Positions 10,603 to 21,025 of a DNA stretch of 41,603 nt are shown piece after piece; positions within the stretch are counted from its first letter, which is position 1; every line of letters starts with the position of its first letter. The notes under the pieces are model-generated. The model ran no database searches and had not been told where the DNA came from. It saw only the letters and a program-made list of their open reading frames with translations. Made by a program: the position numbers and the translations under genes. This stretch comes from an uncultured Ignavibacteriales bacterium (GTDB lineage Bacteria > Bacteroidota > Ignavibacteria > Ch128b): positions 1 through 41,603 of the forward strand of contig CAKZPH010000147.1 in the NCBI GenBank assembly GCA_937138605.1. The letters are read 5' to 3'.

Positions 10603-12591
10603 TTATCTTAGAATGGTTAATTTTTTGGTAACGTTGTAGTCTTGCGATAAAAATCGATAAAAATAAACTCCACTAGAAAGCACCCGTCCAGTGTCATCCG
10701 TTCCATCCCAAACAAACTCGTGGTTATTCCCTCTACTTACACCCACATCTTTCAATAGTGTCTTCACTTTTCTTCCAAGGACATCATAAATTTCGAGTGT
10801 AATCCATTGCTGAGTAGGTAAATCAAATCTAAACCTGGTTATACCATTAAATGGATTCGGGTAATTCTGATACAATACAAAATCTCTAACAACGTTTAAA
10901 CTCTTTCTAGGTGCAAAAACTTTTTTAGATAATAAATGGAATGAATAGTTTAACTCACTTTTTTCAGGAATTCTCACCGTACGCGTTGGTGTATGATAAG
11001 TAAAATAAAACTTGTATACATCATCTTCATTTAGTTCATTTGGTAGTTTTACTTCAAACTTAAAATTATTACCTAAATCTAACAGTTCAATTTCTTTATA
11101 GATACTATTATCCTCAGAAAAAATAACAACGTTTAATTTGTTTATTGTCTGATTTTCGAAGATCGTTTTAAGCAAATAGTAACCATCATTTCGTTTCACA
11201 ATTAAAGGAAAAGACAACGCTTCTTTTGCACGAGCTATTCCCCAACCATAAACAGTATCAGGTTTATCAGATTGACTTGCTGTTAATCGAATCGCATCCC
11301 TTACTTGATATTGATTGATTTCTGAATAATGAGAAATTAAAAGTCCTACAATTCCAGCTACTATTGGTGTTGAAGCAGAAGTACCCGATGCATAACTATA
11401 AGATGCAAAACCATTAGTTGTTGCCGTGTAAACAGACATTCCCATAGCACAAACATCAGGTTTAATTCTTCCATCACTAGTGGGACCACGCGAAGAAAAA
11501 GGCGCTATAATTGACGAAGACGAAACTGCCCCAACAGCTAGCACATAACGAGCATCCGCAGGAGAAACAATATATTTCCAAGGACTCATAAATTCATTTC
11601 CAGCTGCTGTTACTGTAACAACACCACGAACAAATGCTGAATCAACTGCCCTGGCAACAATTGTAGTTGAACCGTTCATGTCTTGATATGTGTAGCTTTC
11701 ATTTGGATCATCAAACTCACTATAGCCTAGTGAGCTACTTGTCACATCAACTCCTTGTTGTTCCATCCAAATTAATGCTCTAGCATAATTATCCTCTTCA
11801 ACACGCCTTTCACTTCTGATATCTTCGGTTTTTGCAAGAATATAATTTGCGTCATAAGCAACACCAATAAGACGACCATCTTTTTTCCCTGCAACTATAC
11901 TCATAATCTGAGTTCCATGAGCATCCTGTCCTGCTACATCACCTGGTTGATTAGCTGTAATGGAATCACCAAATATAAAATCATATTCAGCGATAACTTT
12001 GGTACTCATTAAAGCTTCATGAGTTTTCCAGCGAAAACCTGTATCAAGTAATCCAATCAAAACATTTTCGCCTCTTATTCCCCGTGAGTGAACCTCAGGA
12101 ATTTGAGAAAGATTATTTTGATCAAAAGATGGTCCATAATTATTCGTTAATTTGTTTAATTCAAATAATGGAGCAATTGATTCGTCTCTATATGATGACT
12201 TAAAAACTTTTACTTTTTCCACTTTTTCCACAAAAGGCAGACTTGAAATTAATTGTTTTTGATTTTCATCCAAATAAGCAGATACTGCATTAAACCATGT
12301 TAATTCGTGAACGATTTGCACATTTAACTCTTTTAAGTTATCGATGTAAGGTTTGTAAATAAAATAATCGCCGTAAGAAAAAATTTCATTACCTAAAGCT
12401 TTCTTTCTTCTTTCAATTGCCTTATTAGAAAAAGTTTTTAAGAGTTCAGCTTCAATGATTTCTTTTTTGAAATATTTTTTATCACTTTCGCCTTTGTCTT
12501 TGAAATAAATAAGATACTTTGTTTGGGTAAAAGCAACTACAGGCAATAATAAAAAGAGGACATTAAAAATAATTTTCAAGTAAAATTTCAT
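10603..12591 (-). CDS. S8 (subtilisin-like) serine peptidase with T9SS-type C-terminal sorting domain
   Basis: Signal peptide; triad LLDTGF / HGTQ / GTSASTP; AAGNE; C-terminal LYQNYPNPFN...IYDVLGRKV...WDG...SGVYFY...KKLTILR. Confidence 0.92.
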   Translation of the reverse strand: MKFYLKIIFNVLFLLLPVVAFTQTKYLIYFKDKGESDKKYFKKEIIEAELLKTFSNKAIERRKKALGNEIFSYGDYFIYKPYIDNLKELNVQIVHELTWFNAVSAYLDENQKQLISSLPFVEKVEKVKVFKSSYRDESIAPLFELNKLTNNYGPSFDQNNLSQIPEVHSRGIRGENVLIGLLDTGFRWKTHEALMSTKVIAEYDFIFGDSITANQPGDVAGQDAHGTQIMSIVAGKKDGRLIGVAYDANYILAKTEDIRSERRVEEDNYARALIWMEQQGVDVTSSSLGYSEFDDPNESYTYQDMNGSTTIVARAVDSAFVRGVVTVTAAGNEFMSPWKYIVSPADARYVLAVGAVSSSSIIAPFSSRGPTSDGRIKPDVCAMGMSVYTATTNGFASYSYASGTSASTPIVAGIVGLLISHYSEINQYQVRDAIRLTASQSDKPDTVYGWGIARAKEALSFPLIVKRNDGYYLLKTIFENQTINKLNVVIFSEDNSIYKEIELLDLGNNFKFEVKLPNELNEDDVYKFYFTYHTPTRTVRIPEKSELNYSFHLLSKKVFAPRKSLNVVRDFVLYQNYPNPFNGITRFRFDLPTQQWITLEIYDVLGRKVKTLLKDVGVSRGNNHEFVWDGTDDTGRVLSSGVYFYRFLSQDYNVTKKLTILR

Positions 12592-12600
12592 AGTTAAACT

Positions 12601-13545
12601 TCAGTTTGTTATGATTTTTGCTATTCTTTCTAATCGGATAGAAGATAATTTTCTAATTACATCTGGTAACAAAGGTAAATCTCGATTCCATGACCAATAA
12701 ATTATTAAAGGTTCACCAATTATAAGGTCATCTGGAACATATCCCCAAAATCTGCTATCTGCACTGTCATCACGATTATCACCTAACATAAAATAGTAAT
12801 CTTTTTTAATCACGTATTTATCCGTTGGTTTACCATCGATAAGTATTGTATTACCTGAAATGCTTACAGCTCTTCTTCCTTGTTCACGGTCTATTAAAGT
12901 ACGATATTGTTCGATATTATTAATCGATAGAGTAATTGTATCACCTTTTTTAGGGACGTAAAGAGGTCCATAGTTATCCTCATTGAAATTAGAAAATCTT
13001 GGAAATATATAAGGATTTCCTATTCGATTAGGTGTAGGAATAGGATTGAGAAATTTCATTTTAGGTGGAGGCGGGAACAATTCTCCGTTTACATATAAAA
13101 CTTTATCAACAATTGTTATAGTATCACCAGGCAAACCAACACATCTTTTAACATAATTCATCACAACATCACTTTTGAGTTTATCTCTATCACCCGGATA
13201 TTCAAAGACAATTACATCACCGCGTTTAATTTCTCTTAATCTTGGAAATCGATAATATGGAAGAGCAATACTGGTAAACGGAATATAGCGAGGGGTCGTT
13301 GAGCCTAAAGTAAACTTTGTAACCAATAAAAAGTCACCCGGTAGAAGTGAATCTTCCATTGAACCTGTTGGAATTGTATAAGCTTCGATCACGAAAATTT
13401 TTAAAATCATTGCAACAACGAATGCCCACAAAAGACTCTTTAAATTATCAATAAATTTTTCCTTTATAGTTCTTTGTGCTTTATATTCTTCCTTTAATCT
13501 TTTTCTTTCCCTTATTCTTTCGACTAGTTTTTTAAGCCATTCCAT
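12601..13545 (-). CDS. lepB: Signal peptidase I
   Basis: IPTGSMEDSL (Ser), YVKRCVGLPGD (Lys), GDNRDDSADSRFWG; follows lepA. Confidence 0.97.
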   Translation of the reverse strand: MEWLKKLVERIRERKRLKEEYKAQRTIKEKFIDNLKSLLWAFVVAMILKIFVIEAYTIPTGSMEDSLLPGDFLLVTKFTLGSTTPRYIPFTSIALPYYRFPRLREIKRGDVIVFEYPGDRDKLKSDVVMNYVKRCVGLPGDTITIVDKVLYVNGELFPPPPKMKFLNPIPTPNRIGNPYIFPRFSNFNEDNYGPLYVPKKGDTITLSINNIEQYRTLIDREQGRRAVSISGNTILIDGKPTDKYVIKKDYYFMLGDNRDDSADSRFWGYVPDDLIIGEPLIIYWSWNRDLPLLPDVIRKLSSIRLERIAKIITN

Positions 13546-13564
13546 AATTTATCCCTGTTATATT

Positions 13565-15361
13565 CTACTGATCTTCCATTGATAAAATTGCAAGGAAAGC
13601 TTCTTGCGGAATTTCAACATTACCTACTTGTTTCATTCGCTTCTTCCCTTCTTTTTGTTTTTCAAGTAACTTTCTTTTTCGAGTCACATCACCACCGTAA
13701 CATTTAGCAAGAACATTTTTTCTTAAAGGTTTAATCACATCACGAGCAATGACTTTACTTCCTATTGCTGCTTGAATCACAACTTCAAAAAGTTGTCTTG
13801 GTATTAATTCTTTCAACTTTGAACAAAGTTTTCTTCCCCATTCATATGCTTTTAATCGATGAACAATAAAAGAAAAGGCATCTATAGGATCTCCATTGAG
13901 CAAAATTTCTACTTTGACTAAATCAGACTCACGGTAGCCAGTGTATTCATAGTCGAAAGATGCATAGCCTCGTGAGATGGATTTCAATTTATCATAAAAA
14001 TCAAATATTATTTCTGAAAGCGGAAGTTCGTATTGCATATCAACTCGATTTGTACTAATGTAGGTGGTACTTTTGTGAATTCCTCTTCTATCCATGCAAA
14101 GTTTCATTATGCCACCTATGTAATCAGCAGGAGTTACTATCTGTGCTTTAACAAATGGTTCTTCTATAAAGTCAATTTCTCCAAGCTGAGGCATCAAAGC
14201 AGGATTTTCAACAATTACTTTTTCACCGTTTCGTTTTGTAACGTGATATTCTACATTTGGAATTGTTGTTATAATATCCTGATCAAATTCTCTTGCAAGT
14301 CGTTCCTGAACAATTTCCATGTGAAGTAAGCCAAGAAAACCGCAACGGAAACCAAAACCCAGTGCTGCTGAAGTCTCTGGTTGGTAAGTTAATGCAGCAT
14401 CATTTAGCACATATTTATCCAGAGCATCACGTAATTCTTGATAATTATCACTGTTTGTGGGATATAATCCACTAAAAACCATAGGCTTTACTTCTTTGTA
14501 ACCAGGAAGTGGTTCAGATGCAGGATTGTCGTAAGTAGTGATAGTATCACCAACTTTAGTATCATGAACATCCTTAACTCCTGCTATCAAATAACCAACG
14601 TTTCCTGATTCAAGATAACCACGACGGATTCTCTTGAGTCCAAGAACTCCAACTTCTTCAGCCAAAAATGTCTTTGCTGTTCGGAAGAATTTAATTTTCT
14701 GACCTTCTTTTAATTCACCATCAAAAACTCTGATGTAAGTGACAACTCCTCTATAAGGATCATACTTTGAATCAAATATTAAAGCACGTAATGGTTCATT
14801 ACTCCTCTCATCTGATGGAGGAATTCTTTCAACAATTGCTTCCAAAATTTCATCAATGCCAATTTTTTGTTTAGCTGATGCAAGAATTATTTCCTCTCTT
14901 TTACAACCAATTAAGTCCATTATTTGCTGAGCAACCGATTCAATATCAGCACTGGGTAAATCTATCTTGTTTATAACTGGAATAATCTCAAGTCCTGCAT
15001 CAATTGCCATATAAAGGTTACTTATTGTTTGAGCTTCTACTCCTTGAGAAGCATCCACAACCAATATTGCTCCCTCACACGCTGCAAGAGAACGTGAAAC
15101 TTCATAAGTAAAATCAACATGACCGGGCGTATCAATTAGATTAAGAATGTATTCCTTTCCATCCTTATGAATATACTTCATTTGAACAGCGTGAGATTTT
15201 ATTGTTATTCCTCTTTCACGCTCAAGGTCCATATCATCGAGAACTTGATCGACAAGTTCTCTTTCAGAAATTGTACCTGTTTTCTCCAATAATCGATCAG
15301 CTAAGGTCGACTTACCGTGGTCTATGTGGGCTATGATGCAAAAGTTCCTGAAATTTGGCAT
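13565..15361 (-). CDS. lepA: Elongation factor 4 (LepA)
   Basis: [55 protein letters not shown]. Confidence 0.99.
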   Translation of the reverse strand: MPNFRNFCIIAHIDHGKSTLADRLLEKTGTISERELVDQVLDDMDLERERGITIKSHAVQMKYIHKDGKEYILNLIDTPGHVDFTYEVSRSLAACEGAILVVDASQGVEAQTISNLYMAIDAGLEIIPVINKIDLPSADIESVAQQIMDLIGCKREEIILASAKQKIGIDEILEAIVERIPPSDERSNEPLRALIFDSKYDPYRGVVTYIRVFDGELKEGQKIKFFRTAKTFLAEEVGVLGLKRIRRGYLESGNVGYLIAGVKDVHDTKVGDTITTYDNPASEPLPGYKEVKPMVFSGLYPTNSDNYQELRDALDKYVLNDAALTYQPETSAALGFGFRCGFLGLLHMEIVQERLAREFDQDIITTIPNVEYHVTKRNGEKVIVENPALMPQLGEIDFIEEPFVKAQIVTPADYIGGIMKLCMDRRGIHKSTTYISTNRVDMQYELPLSEIIFDFYDKLKSISRGYASFDYEYTGYRESDLVKVEILLNGDPIDAFSFIVHRLKAYEWGRKLCSKLKELIPRQLFEVVIQAAIGSKVIARDVIKPLRKNVLAKCYGGDVTRKRKLLEKQKEGKKRMKQVGNVEIPQEAFLAILSMEDQ

Positions 15362-15531
15362 AGTAACTTCATCACTTTACTAAGTAAAATTTTTCATGAA
15401 ATGCTTTCTTCATAAAAAAATAAAAAATCAAATTCAATATAACGATTGAATTTATGTTTTTTCAATGATTGAAAATACTCATTTTTCGAAGCAGATTTAC
15501 ATTTCATATTTTTGAAAAAATGCTTTTAAAT

Positions 15532-17361
15532 ATGAAAATTAAAACTTCTTTTAGATTAACTTTTTCAATTTTACTTTTTATTCCCTGCTATCTGTTCCCA
15601 CAATTAAAATTTGCTTGGATTACTGATACACATATTGGTTCACCAAATGCTACAGATGATGTGATTGAAATTATCCAGGATTTAAATAAACGTGACGTTA
15701 AATTTACCATACTAACAGGTGACATCACAGAAAAAGGAAAAAATTCCGAACTGATTGAAGCAAAAAGAATTTTAACAGAATTAACTAAACCATATTTCAT
15801 AATTCCAGGAAACCACGATACTAAATGGAGCGAATCGGGTTGCACTTTGTTTAAAAATTTATTTGGTGAAAACAGATTTTATTTTATTTATGAAGATTAT
15901 GTTTTTATTGGACTTAACAGTGGAATTCCACTCCGTGGTGGTGGCGGACACATTCCAATTGAAGAACTTATCTGGTTAAATGCTAAACTTGAAAAACTTC
16001 CGAAGAATTCAAAAATCATTTTAGCAGTTCATCATCCACTTGATAATGATATTGATAATTCGTTTGAAATCATTAATAGACTAAAAAAGTTTGACTATGC
16101 TTTCATCTTAGTTGGACATGGTCATGCAAATCGTGAATACAATTTTTACGGTATAAATGGTGCAATGGGGAGGTCAGCATTAAGAGGAAACAAAACGCCC
16201 GGGTACAACCTTGTTACATTGAAAGAAGATAGCATTTTTATTGAAGAAGTTAATTTGATTGAAAGAAAACCTTGGTATAAAAATTCGATCATGATAACAA
16301 ATAAAACTAAGCATGTTTACTTAACCAAGAAAATTTTTAGGCACCGTAACGCGGATGTTCACAAAATTTTTGATACAAAATCAACTTTGGTAAAAACCGG
16401 CGTTATTCAAGATGGTTTGATTTATTTTGCCGATTTAGATGGAAATGTTTATGCAATTAATCAAAAAGGTAAATTGATCTGGAAAAGAACTTTTCACACT
16501 TCTTTTTTTGCCAATCCATCTATTCATAAAAATCAAGTCATAGTTTGCGGCACGAATGGTTTTATCTATTTTCTTCATAGAAAAAATGGAAACATCTTAA
16601 AGAAGATAGATGTTAATTCTACAATCATCGCTTCACCCGTAATAAACAAAGGAAAAAATCTTCTAATAGTGTTTTCAAATGATGGTTATGTTAATTACAT
16701 AAATCCTGAAAATTTTGAAATAAAGCGAAAGAAAGTTTCTGACCTCAATTTTGAGGCAATTCCGCTATACATTGATAATAAAATTATTTTAGGATCATGG
16801 GATAACTATCTCTACTCAATACCGGATTATTTTATCGAGACATTACAATACTATTGGAGATGGACCGAATATAAAAATTTCTACTATTCACCAGCTGCAT
16901 GCTCTCCCGTAATTGATAAACAAAATAGAATTTTTATTTCCACGCCCGATAAATTCATCTCAGCAATTGATATTCATACAGGAAAAACAATTTGGCGAAG
17001 TAATGAATATAACGCATGGGAATCCATTGGAATTAACCAGGAAAAAAATGTAATATTTATTAAATCAGTAATTGATACAATCTTCGCTTTATCATTAATT
17101 GATTCAATCCCAAAACTTCTTTGGAAAAATGGAATTGGCTATGGTGTGGACACTAATCCAGTTAATTTATTTGAAGCACAAAATAAACTATTTATTCCCG
17201 CAAAGAATGGAACTCTTTACATCCTCGATTCAAAAGATGGTCACTTGATTACTAAATTTAATTTAGGTTACTCTAGATTAAACAACATTGTACCAGTATC
17301 TAAAAACGTTTTTATAATTTCAAACATGGATGGAGATATTTTTAGAATTAAACTTAAATGA
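15532..17361 (+). CDS. Secreted calcineurin-like metallophosphoesterase fused to PQQ/BamB-like beta-propeller
   Basis: TDTH, TGD, GNHD, HHP, GHGH motifs followed by repeats such as DGNVYAINQKGKLIW; ATG 15532 preferred over TTG 15469 because it begins a signal peptide. Confidence 0.85.
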   Translation: MKIKTSFRLTFSILLFIPCYLFPQLKFAWITDTHIGSPNATDDVIEIIQDLNKRDVKFTILTGDITEKGKNSELIEAKRILTELTKPYFIIPGNHDTKWSESGCTLFKNLFGENRFYFIYEDYVFIGLNSGIPLRGGGGHIPIEELIWLNAKLEKLPKNSKIILAVHHPLDNDIDNSFEIINRLKKFDYAFILVGHGHANREYNFYGINGAMGRSALRGNKTPGYNLVTLKEDSIFIEEVNLIERKPWYKNSIMITNKTKHVYLTKKIFRHRNADVHKIFDTKSTLVKTGVIQDGLIYFADLDGNVYAINQKGKLIWKRTFHTSFFANPSIHKNQVIVCGTNGFIYFLHRKNGNILKKIDVNSTIIASPVINKGKNLLIVFSNDGYVNYINPENFEIKRKKVSDLNFEAIPLYIDNKIILGSWDNYLYSIPDYFIETLQYYWRWTEYKNFYYSPAACSPVIDKQNRIFISTPDKFISAIDIHTGKTIWRSNEYNAWESIGINQEKNVIFIKSVIDTIFALSLIDSIPKLLWKNGIGYGVDTNPVNLFEAQNKLFIPAKNGTLYILDSKDGHLITKFNLGYSRLNNIVPVSKNVFIISNMDGDIFRIKLK

Positions 17362-17364
17362 ATT

Positions 17365-18015
17365 ATGGAAAGAAAATTCAAAGGAATTATTTTCGACATT
17401 GATGGTACATTAACTTCGACTAACCAACTTATCTTTGCAACATTTAATCATATTGCACAAAAATATGAGAATAAAACTTATTCTGATGAAGAGATAATTG
17501 CAATGTTTGGTCCACCTGAAGATGTAATATTGAAAGAGAAATATAATGGAGAAAACTTTGAGAGAGTTTATCATGATTATTACAAGTTCTATAGAGATAA
17601 TCATCCAAGAATGGCTGATTTATATCCTGGCATTGTAGATATTCTTGAAACTCTAAAGTCAAAAAAAATTATCACTGCAATTTTTACTGGCAAAGGAAGA
17701 AATACCACTCAAATAACATTAGAAGTTCTGGGTATAATGCATTACTTTGATATGATAATTACAGGAGATGATGTGATAGAACACAAGCCCTCCCCTGAGG
17801 GAATTCTACGATTTTTAGAAAAATTTAAGTTTGAAAAAAAAGAAGTATTGATGGTGGGTGACTCAATTGCCGATATTCTTGCGGCGCGTGAAGCCGGTGT
17901 AGAAATAGCTTCAGTTGTGTGGGATTCTTATGCAAAATATCAAGTTATTAAAATGAATCCACTTCATTTTGAACAAGTACATTCTTTTCGTGATTGGTTG
18001 GAAAAATATATTTGA
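17365..18015 (+). CDS. HAD-superfamily hydrolase (PpaX/Gph-like)
   Basis: FDIDGTL, FTGK, KPSPEG, VGDSIADI. Confidence 0.9.
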   Translation: MERKFKGIIFDIDGTLTSTNQLIFATFNHIAQKYENKTYSDEEIIAMFGPPEDVILKEKYNGENFERVYHDYYKFYRDNHPRMADLYPGIVDILETLKSKKIITAIFTGKGRNTTQITLEVLGIMHYFDMIITGDDVIEHKPSPEGILRFLEKFKFEKKEVLMVGDSIADILAAREAGVEIASVVWDSYAKYQVIKMNPLHFEQVHSFRDWLEKYI

Positions 18016-18049
18016 TAAATCGATTATATATTCAAATTAAAATCTTTAT

Positions 18050-18490
18050 ATGAAGAATATCAAATGCTCTGATATTTTTATACCAGTAACATTTTTAATC
18101 TTACTTTCGCTTGCAACTACTTACTTTTTAATTCCATCAAATGCAATAAAAATCAGTCTAATTAATTCTTTTTCTTATGTGTGTCATCAAAATCCTGATC
18201 GAAGTTACAAGTTATTAGAGAATCAAATGTTAATATGTTCAAGATGTACAGGAATTTACACTGGAATCGTAATTACAAACATAATTGTTTTGATAAGCAA
18301 AAGGCTGAAGAAAATATTTTCTCAAATTGATGTAAAGACTTCAGTTATATTTCTAGTTCCAATAACAATTGACTGGTTTATAAATTTTTTATTCAATGTA
18401 GATTCCGGTAATTTTGTACGGTTTATAACCGGATTTTTATCTGGATTTGCTTTATTAATAGTGTTAGCAAACTTTGAATCAAAGGATTAA
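18050..18490 (+). CDS. DUF2085-family membrane protein
   Basis: VCHQNPDRS...CSRCTGIYTG, PITIDW, RFITG signature; several TM helices. Confidence 0.8.
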   Translation: MKNIKCSDIFIPVTFLILLSLATTYFLIPSNAIKISLINSFSYVCHQNPDRSYKLLENQMLICSRCTGIYTGIVITNIIVLISKRLKKIFSQIDVKTSVIFLVPITIDWFINFLFNVDSGNFVRFITGFLSGFALLIVLANFESKD

Positions 18491-18495
18491 GTTTT

Positions 18496-18987
18496 ATGTT
18501 CAAGAAAAAATTCTTGCCTGCCCTTGTGACAGGCTTTTCTTTAGCGGTTATATCAATAATTCCTTTACTTCAAATTGGAACTTGTTGTCTATTTGCTCCA
18601 ATTGCAGGAATTGTAGCAATAACTCTTTTTCATATGCAAATTAAAAACCTTGCAGAGTTTCAATTAAAGAGATCAGATGGAATATCAATTGGAATAATGG
18701 TTGGGATTATTGCTGGATTTTTCGAATCCATTTTTCAATCACTTCTAATTTTTGTATCAAAAACTAATCCCGTTAATGATGCAATTATATTTATCCAACA
18801 AAATTTTAATAATCTACCAATTCCTGATATACTAAATGAAATTTCAAAAGAGATAGATGAAAAACGTTTTAGTTTATTGTTAAGTCTATCCATATTTTTT
18901 AATGCTTCTATTATTTATTCCATCTTTGCCTCAATTGGAGGAGTTATAGGAGTTTCAGGAATTAAAAGAAAAAATCAAATTATTTGA
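18496..18987 (+). CDS. Hypothetical membrane protein with CC motif
   Basis: About four hydrophobic helices, IGTCCLFAP, glycine-rich GISIGIMVGIIAG. Confidence 0.7.
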   Translation: MFKKKFLPALVTGFSLAVISIIPLLQIGTCCLFAPIAGIVAITLFHMQIKNLAEFQLKRSDGISIGIMVGIIAGFFESIFQSLLIFVSKTNPVNDAIIFIQQNFNNLPIPDILNEISKEIDEKRFSLLLSLSIFFNASIIYSIFASIGGVIGVSGIKRKNQII

Positions 18988-19005
18988 AATAAACGTAGAA
19001 TTTTT

Positions 19006-19305
19006 ATGATAGCAGTATTTTTGTTCTACATTCATTTGATTTTTGGTTTATATGTATTTACAAAAAGATGGCAGGAAGAAGGTCTAAGTGCAGCTTTTCT
19101 AATACTAATATTTGTGGGAATTATTTTTTCAGTTGGATGGACACTTTCTTACTTGATTGCGTCATTAATTTTTCCGACCGAAGGTTTAGGAAAATTTTAT
19201 AATCGTGATACAATTTCACTTACAATAGTCACCATTTTTGAATATTTCTTTTACAATAATTACTTCAGGGGAAAATTAAAAAAAGAAAAAGCGCCTCTAT
19301 TATAA
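19006..19305 (+). CDS. Small hypothetical membrane protein
   Basis: 99 aa, about three TM segments, 18 nt after the previous gene. Confidence 0.7.
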   Translation: MIAVFLFYIHLIFGLYVFTKRWQEEGLSAAFLILIFVGIIFSVGWTLSYLIASLIFPTEGLGKFYNRDTISLTIVTIFEYFFYNNYFRGKLKKEKAPLL

Positions 19306-19306
19306 A

Positions 19307-19984
19307 TTACTCAAGCCTGTATGGTATAGTGATAATAACCTGCTGTTCAAATTGAATTTGGTTTGGTCTTAAAGACTCAAATTTCCATGTCTTAAGTGCT
19401 TGAATAGCAGCATCTTCAAGTTGAGTGTCCGCTTTAATTAAAGGAATGGGTGAAACTACTGAACCATCAGGTAAAATTGTAAATTTAATTTTGATGTCTA
19501 TTTCTTTCTGAACACCCGGAGGAAATTTGGGTTTCTCCCATCTTAAAATTTTTCTCGTTCCACGACCACCCCAATCAAAGCTATATCCACTGGAACCAAT
19601 GGGCGATTCACCTGCTGGATTTTTTGAAATGTTATTACTCAAATTTTCTGATTGATTTACTCGTTCGAATTTCTCCTTTTTCTTTTCCTGCTGTTCTTTT
19701 TTCTTTAAGATTTCATCAAATTCTTGTTTTACTCTGGGTTTTTCAATGTTATCCTCTTTTTTCTCAATAGATTCATTTTTATCATCTATGGCTTTTTCCT
19801 TTTGAGCAATAAGAGGATCTGAACCCGGCTTACCACTTCCCGGTGCTCCAAAATCAATTGTGACGTATTCGGGTACTACCGGTAATGTTCCAAGTGTAAT
19901 AAAAGAAAATATTATCAATAGAATTACATGAAGAAAAGAAGAAGCAATATATGTGAATCTAAGATCTGTAAAAAATCTTTTCAT
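19307..19984 (-). CDS. TonB-family energy transducer
   Basis: N-terminal TM with SxxxH (SSFLH), charged linker, C-terminal KFTILPDGSV...LEDAAIQALKTWKF...ITIPYRL. Confidence 0.88.
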   Translation of the reverse strand: MKRFFTDLRFTYIASSFLHVILLIIFSFITLGTLPVVPEYVTIDFGAPGSGKPGSDPLIAQKEKAIDDKNESIEKKEDNIEKPRVKQEFDEILKKKEQQEKKKEKFERVNQSENLSNNISKNPAGESPIGSSGYSFDWGGRGTRKILRWEKPKFPPGVQKEIDIKIKFTILPDGSVVSPIPLIKADTQLEDAAIQALKTWKFESLRPNQIQFEQQVIITIPYRLE

Positions 19985-20382
19985 AGCGTTTCTTTTTCGG
20001 TCGCAATTGTAAACTTATTAACCCCCGTTCCTTTTGCAATATCTATTACTTTTATCAATATATCTATTGATACTTCTTTATCAGCTTTAATGACTAAATT
20101 TTTATCAAGCTGATTTTTTTGCTGTAAAATTTTTTCACCAAGTTCAGCAAGACTTATCTTATCACTACCGAAATAAATATCATTTGTTTTAGTAATTGTT
20201 ACAATAAACTGATTTTCATTTACAGTATCTGAAGTTTCAGATTTTGGAAGTTTAACCTGTACACCCGTTGTAATTACAAATTGAGAAGTCAGCAAGAAGA
20301 AGATGAGCAAAAGCATCACTATATCTGTTAATGAAGAATAATTAAAAGCGGTGAGCAATTTTCTCTCTGATTCAAACTTCAT
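19981..20382 (-). CDS. exbD: ExbD/TolR biopolymer transport protein
   Basis: SLTDIVMLLLIFFLLT, VKLPKS, IKADKEV; ATG 20382 preferred over 20421 to limit overlap with exbB. Confidence 0.9.
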   Translation of the reverse strand: MKFESERKLLTAFNYSSLTDIVMLLLIFFLLTSQFVITTGVQVKLPKSETSDTVNENQFIVTITKTNDIYFGSDKISLAELGEKILQQKNQLDKNLVIKADKEVSIDILIKVIDIAKGTGVNKFTIATEKETL

Positions 20383-21010
20383 GTTTAACTCTACCAAATT
20401 CTTTTTCGTAAAGTACATCAATGAAATCTGTAGAAGTAATTTCCATTTCAGATATAAGTTTATTTATGCGTGTTACAAAATAATTATAGAATAGATAGGC
20501 AATTATTCCTACTGACAAACCAAAAGCAGTAGTAATTAACGCTTCCCAAATTCCACCGGCAAGATCACTAGGCGAAGCATTTCCACCGAGGGTTTCTATT
20601 TTGATAAAAGCGGAGATCATTCCCGTTACCGTTCCGAGAAATCCTAAAAGCGGAGCTACACCTGAGATGGTTGCGAGAATTGAAAGACCCTTTTCCAATT
20701 TATAAATTTCCTGTTTACCAGCACTTTCAATCGATTCTTTAATTCTTTCCATTCCAAAGTGATACTTTGTGAGTCCTTTACGAACAATATTGGCAATTGG
20801 TGAGTTAAATTCAGAACAGTAGTTGATCGCTTCGACAATGTCACCTTTCTTCATGTGTTGACGAATCTGAATCATAAATCGTGGAACGTTTACAGATGCT
20901 TGTCTTAATATAAAGTATCTTTCGATAACAATTGCGAAAGTTATTACCGAACATAAAAGAATGGGCCACATAAGCAGCCCTCCTTTCAAGAAACCAGAAA
21001 GTAAATCCAT
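20372..21010 (-). CDS. exbB: MotA/TolQ/ExbB proton channel
   Basis: GGLLMWPI, APLLGFLGTVTGMI, GGIWEALITTAFGL. Confidence 0.93.
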   Translation of the reverse strand: MDLLSGFLKGGLLMWPILLCSVITFAIVIERYFILRQASVNVPRFMIQIRQHMKKGDIVEAINYCSEFNSPIANIVRKGLTKYHFGMERIKESIESAGKQEIYKLEKGLSILATISGVAPLLGFLGTVTGMISAFIKIETLGGNASPSDLAGGIWEALITTAFGLSVGIIAYLFYNYFVTRINKLISEMEITSTDFIDVLYEKEFGRVKHEV

Positions 21011-21025
21011 ATATATTTCCTATTT

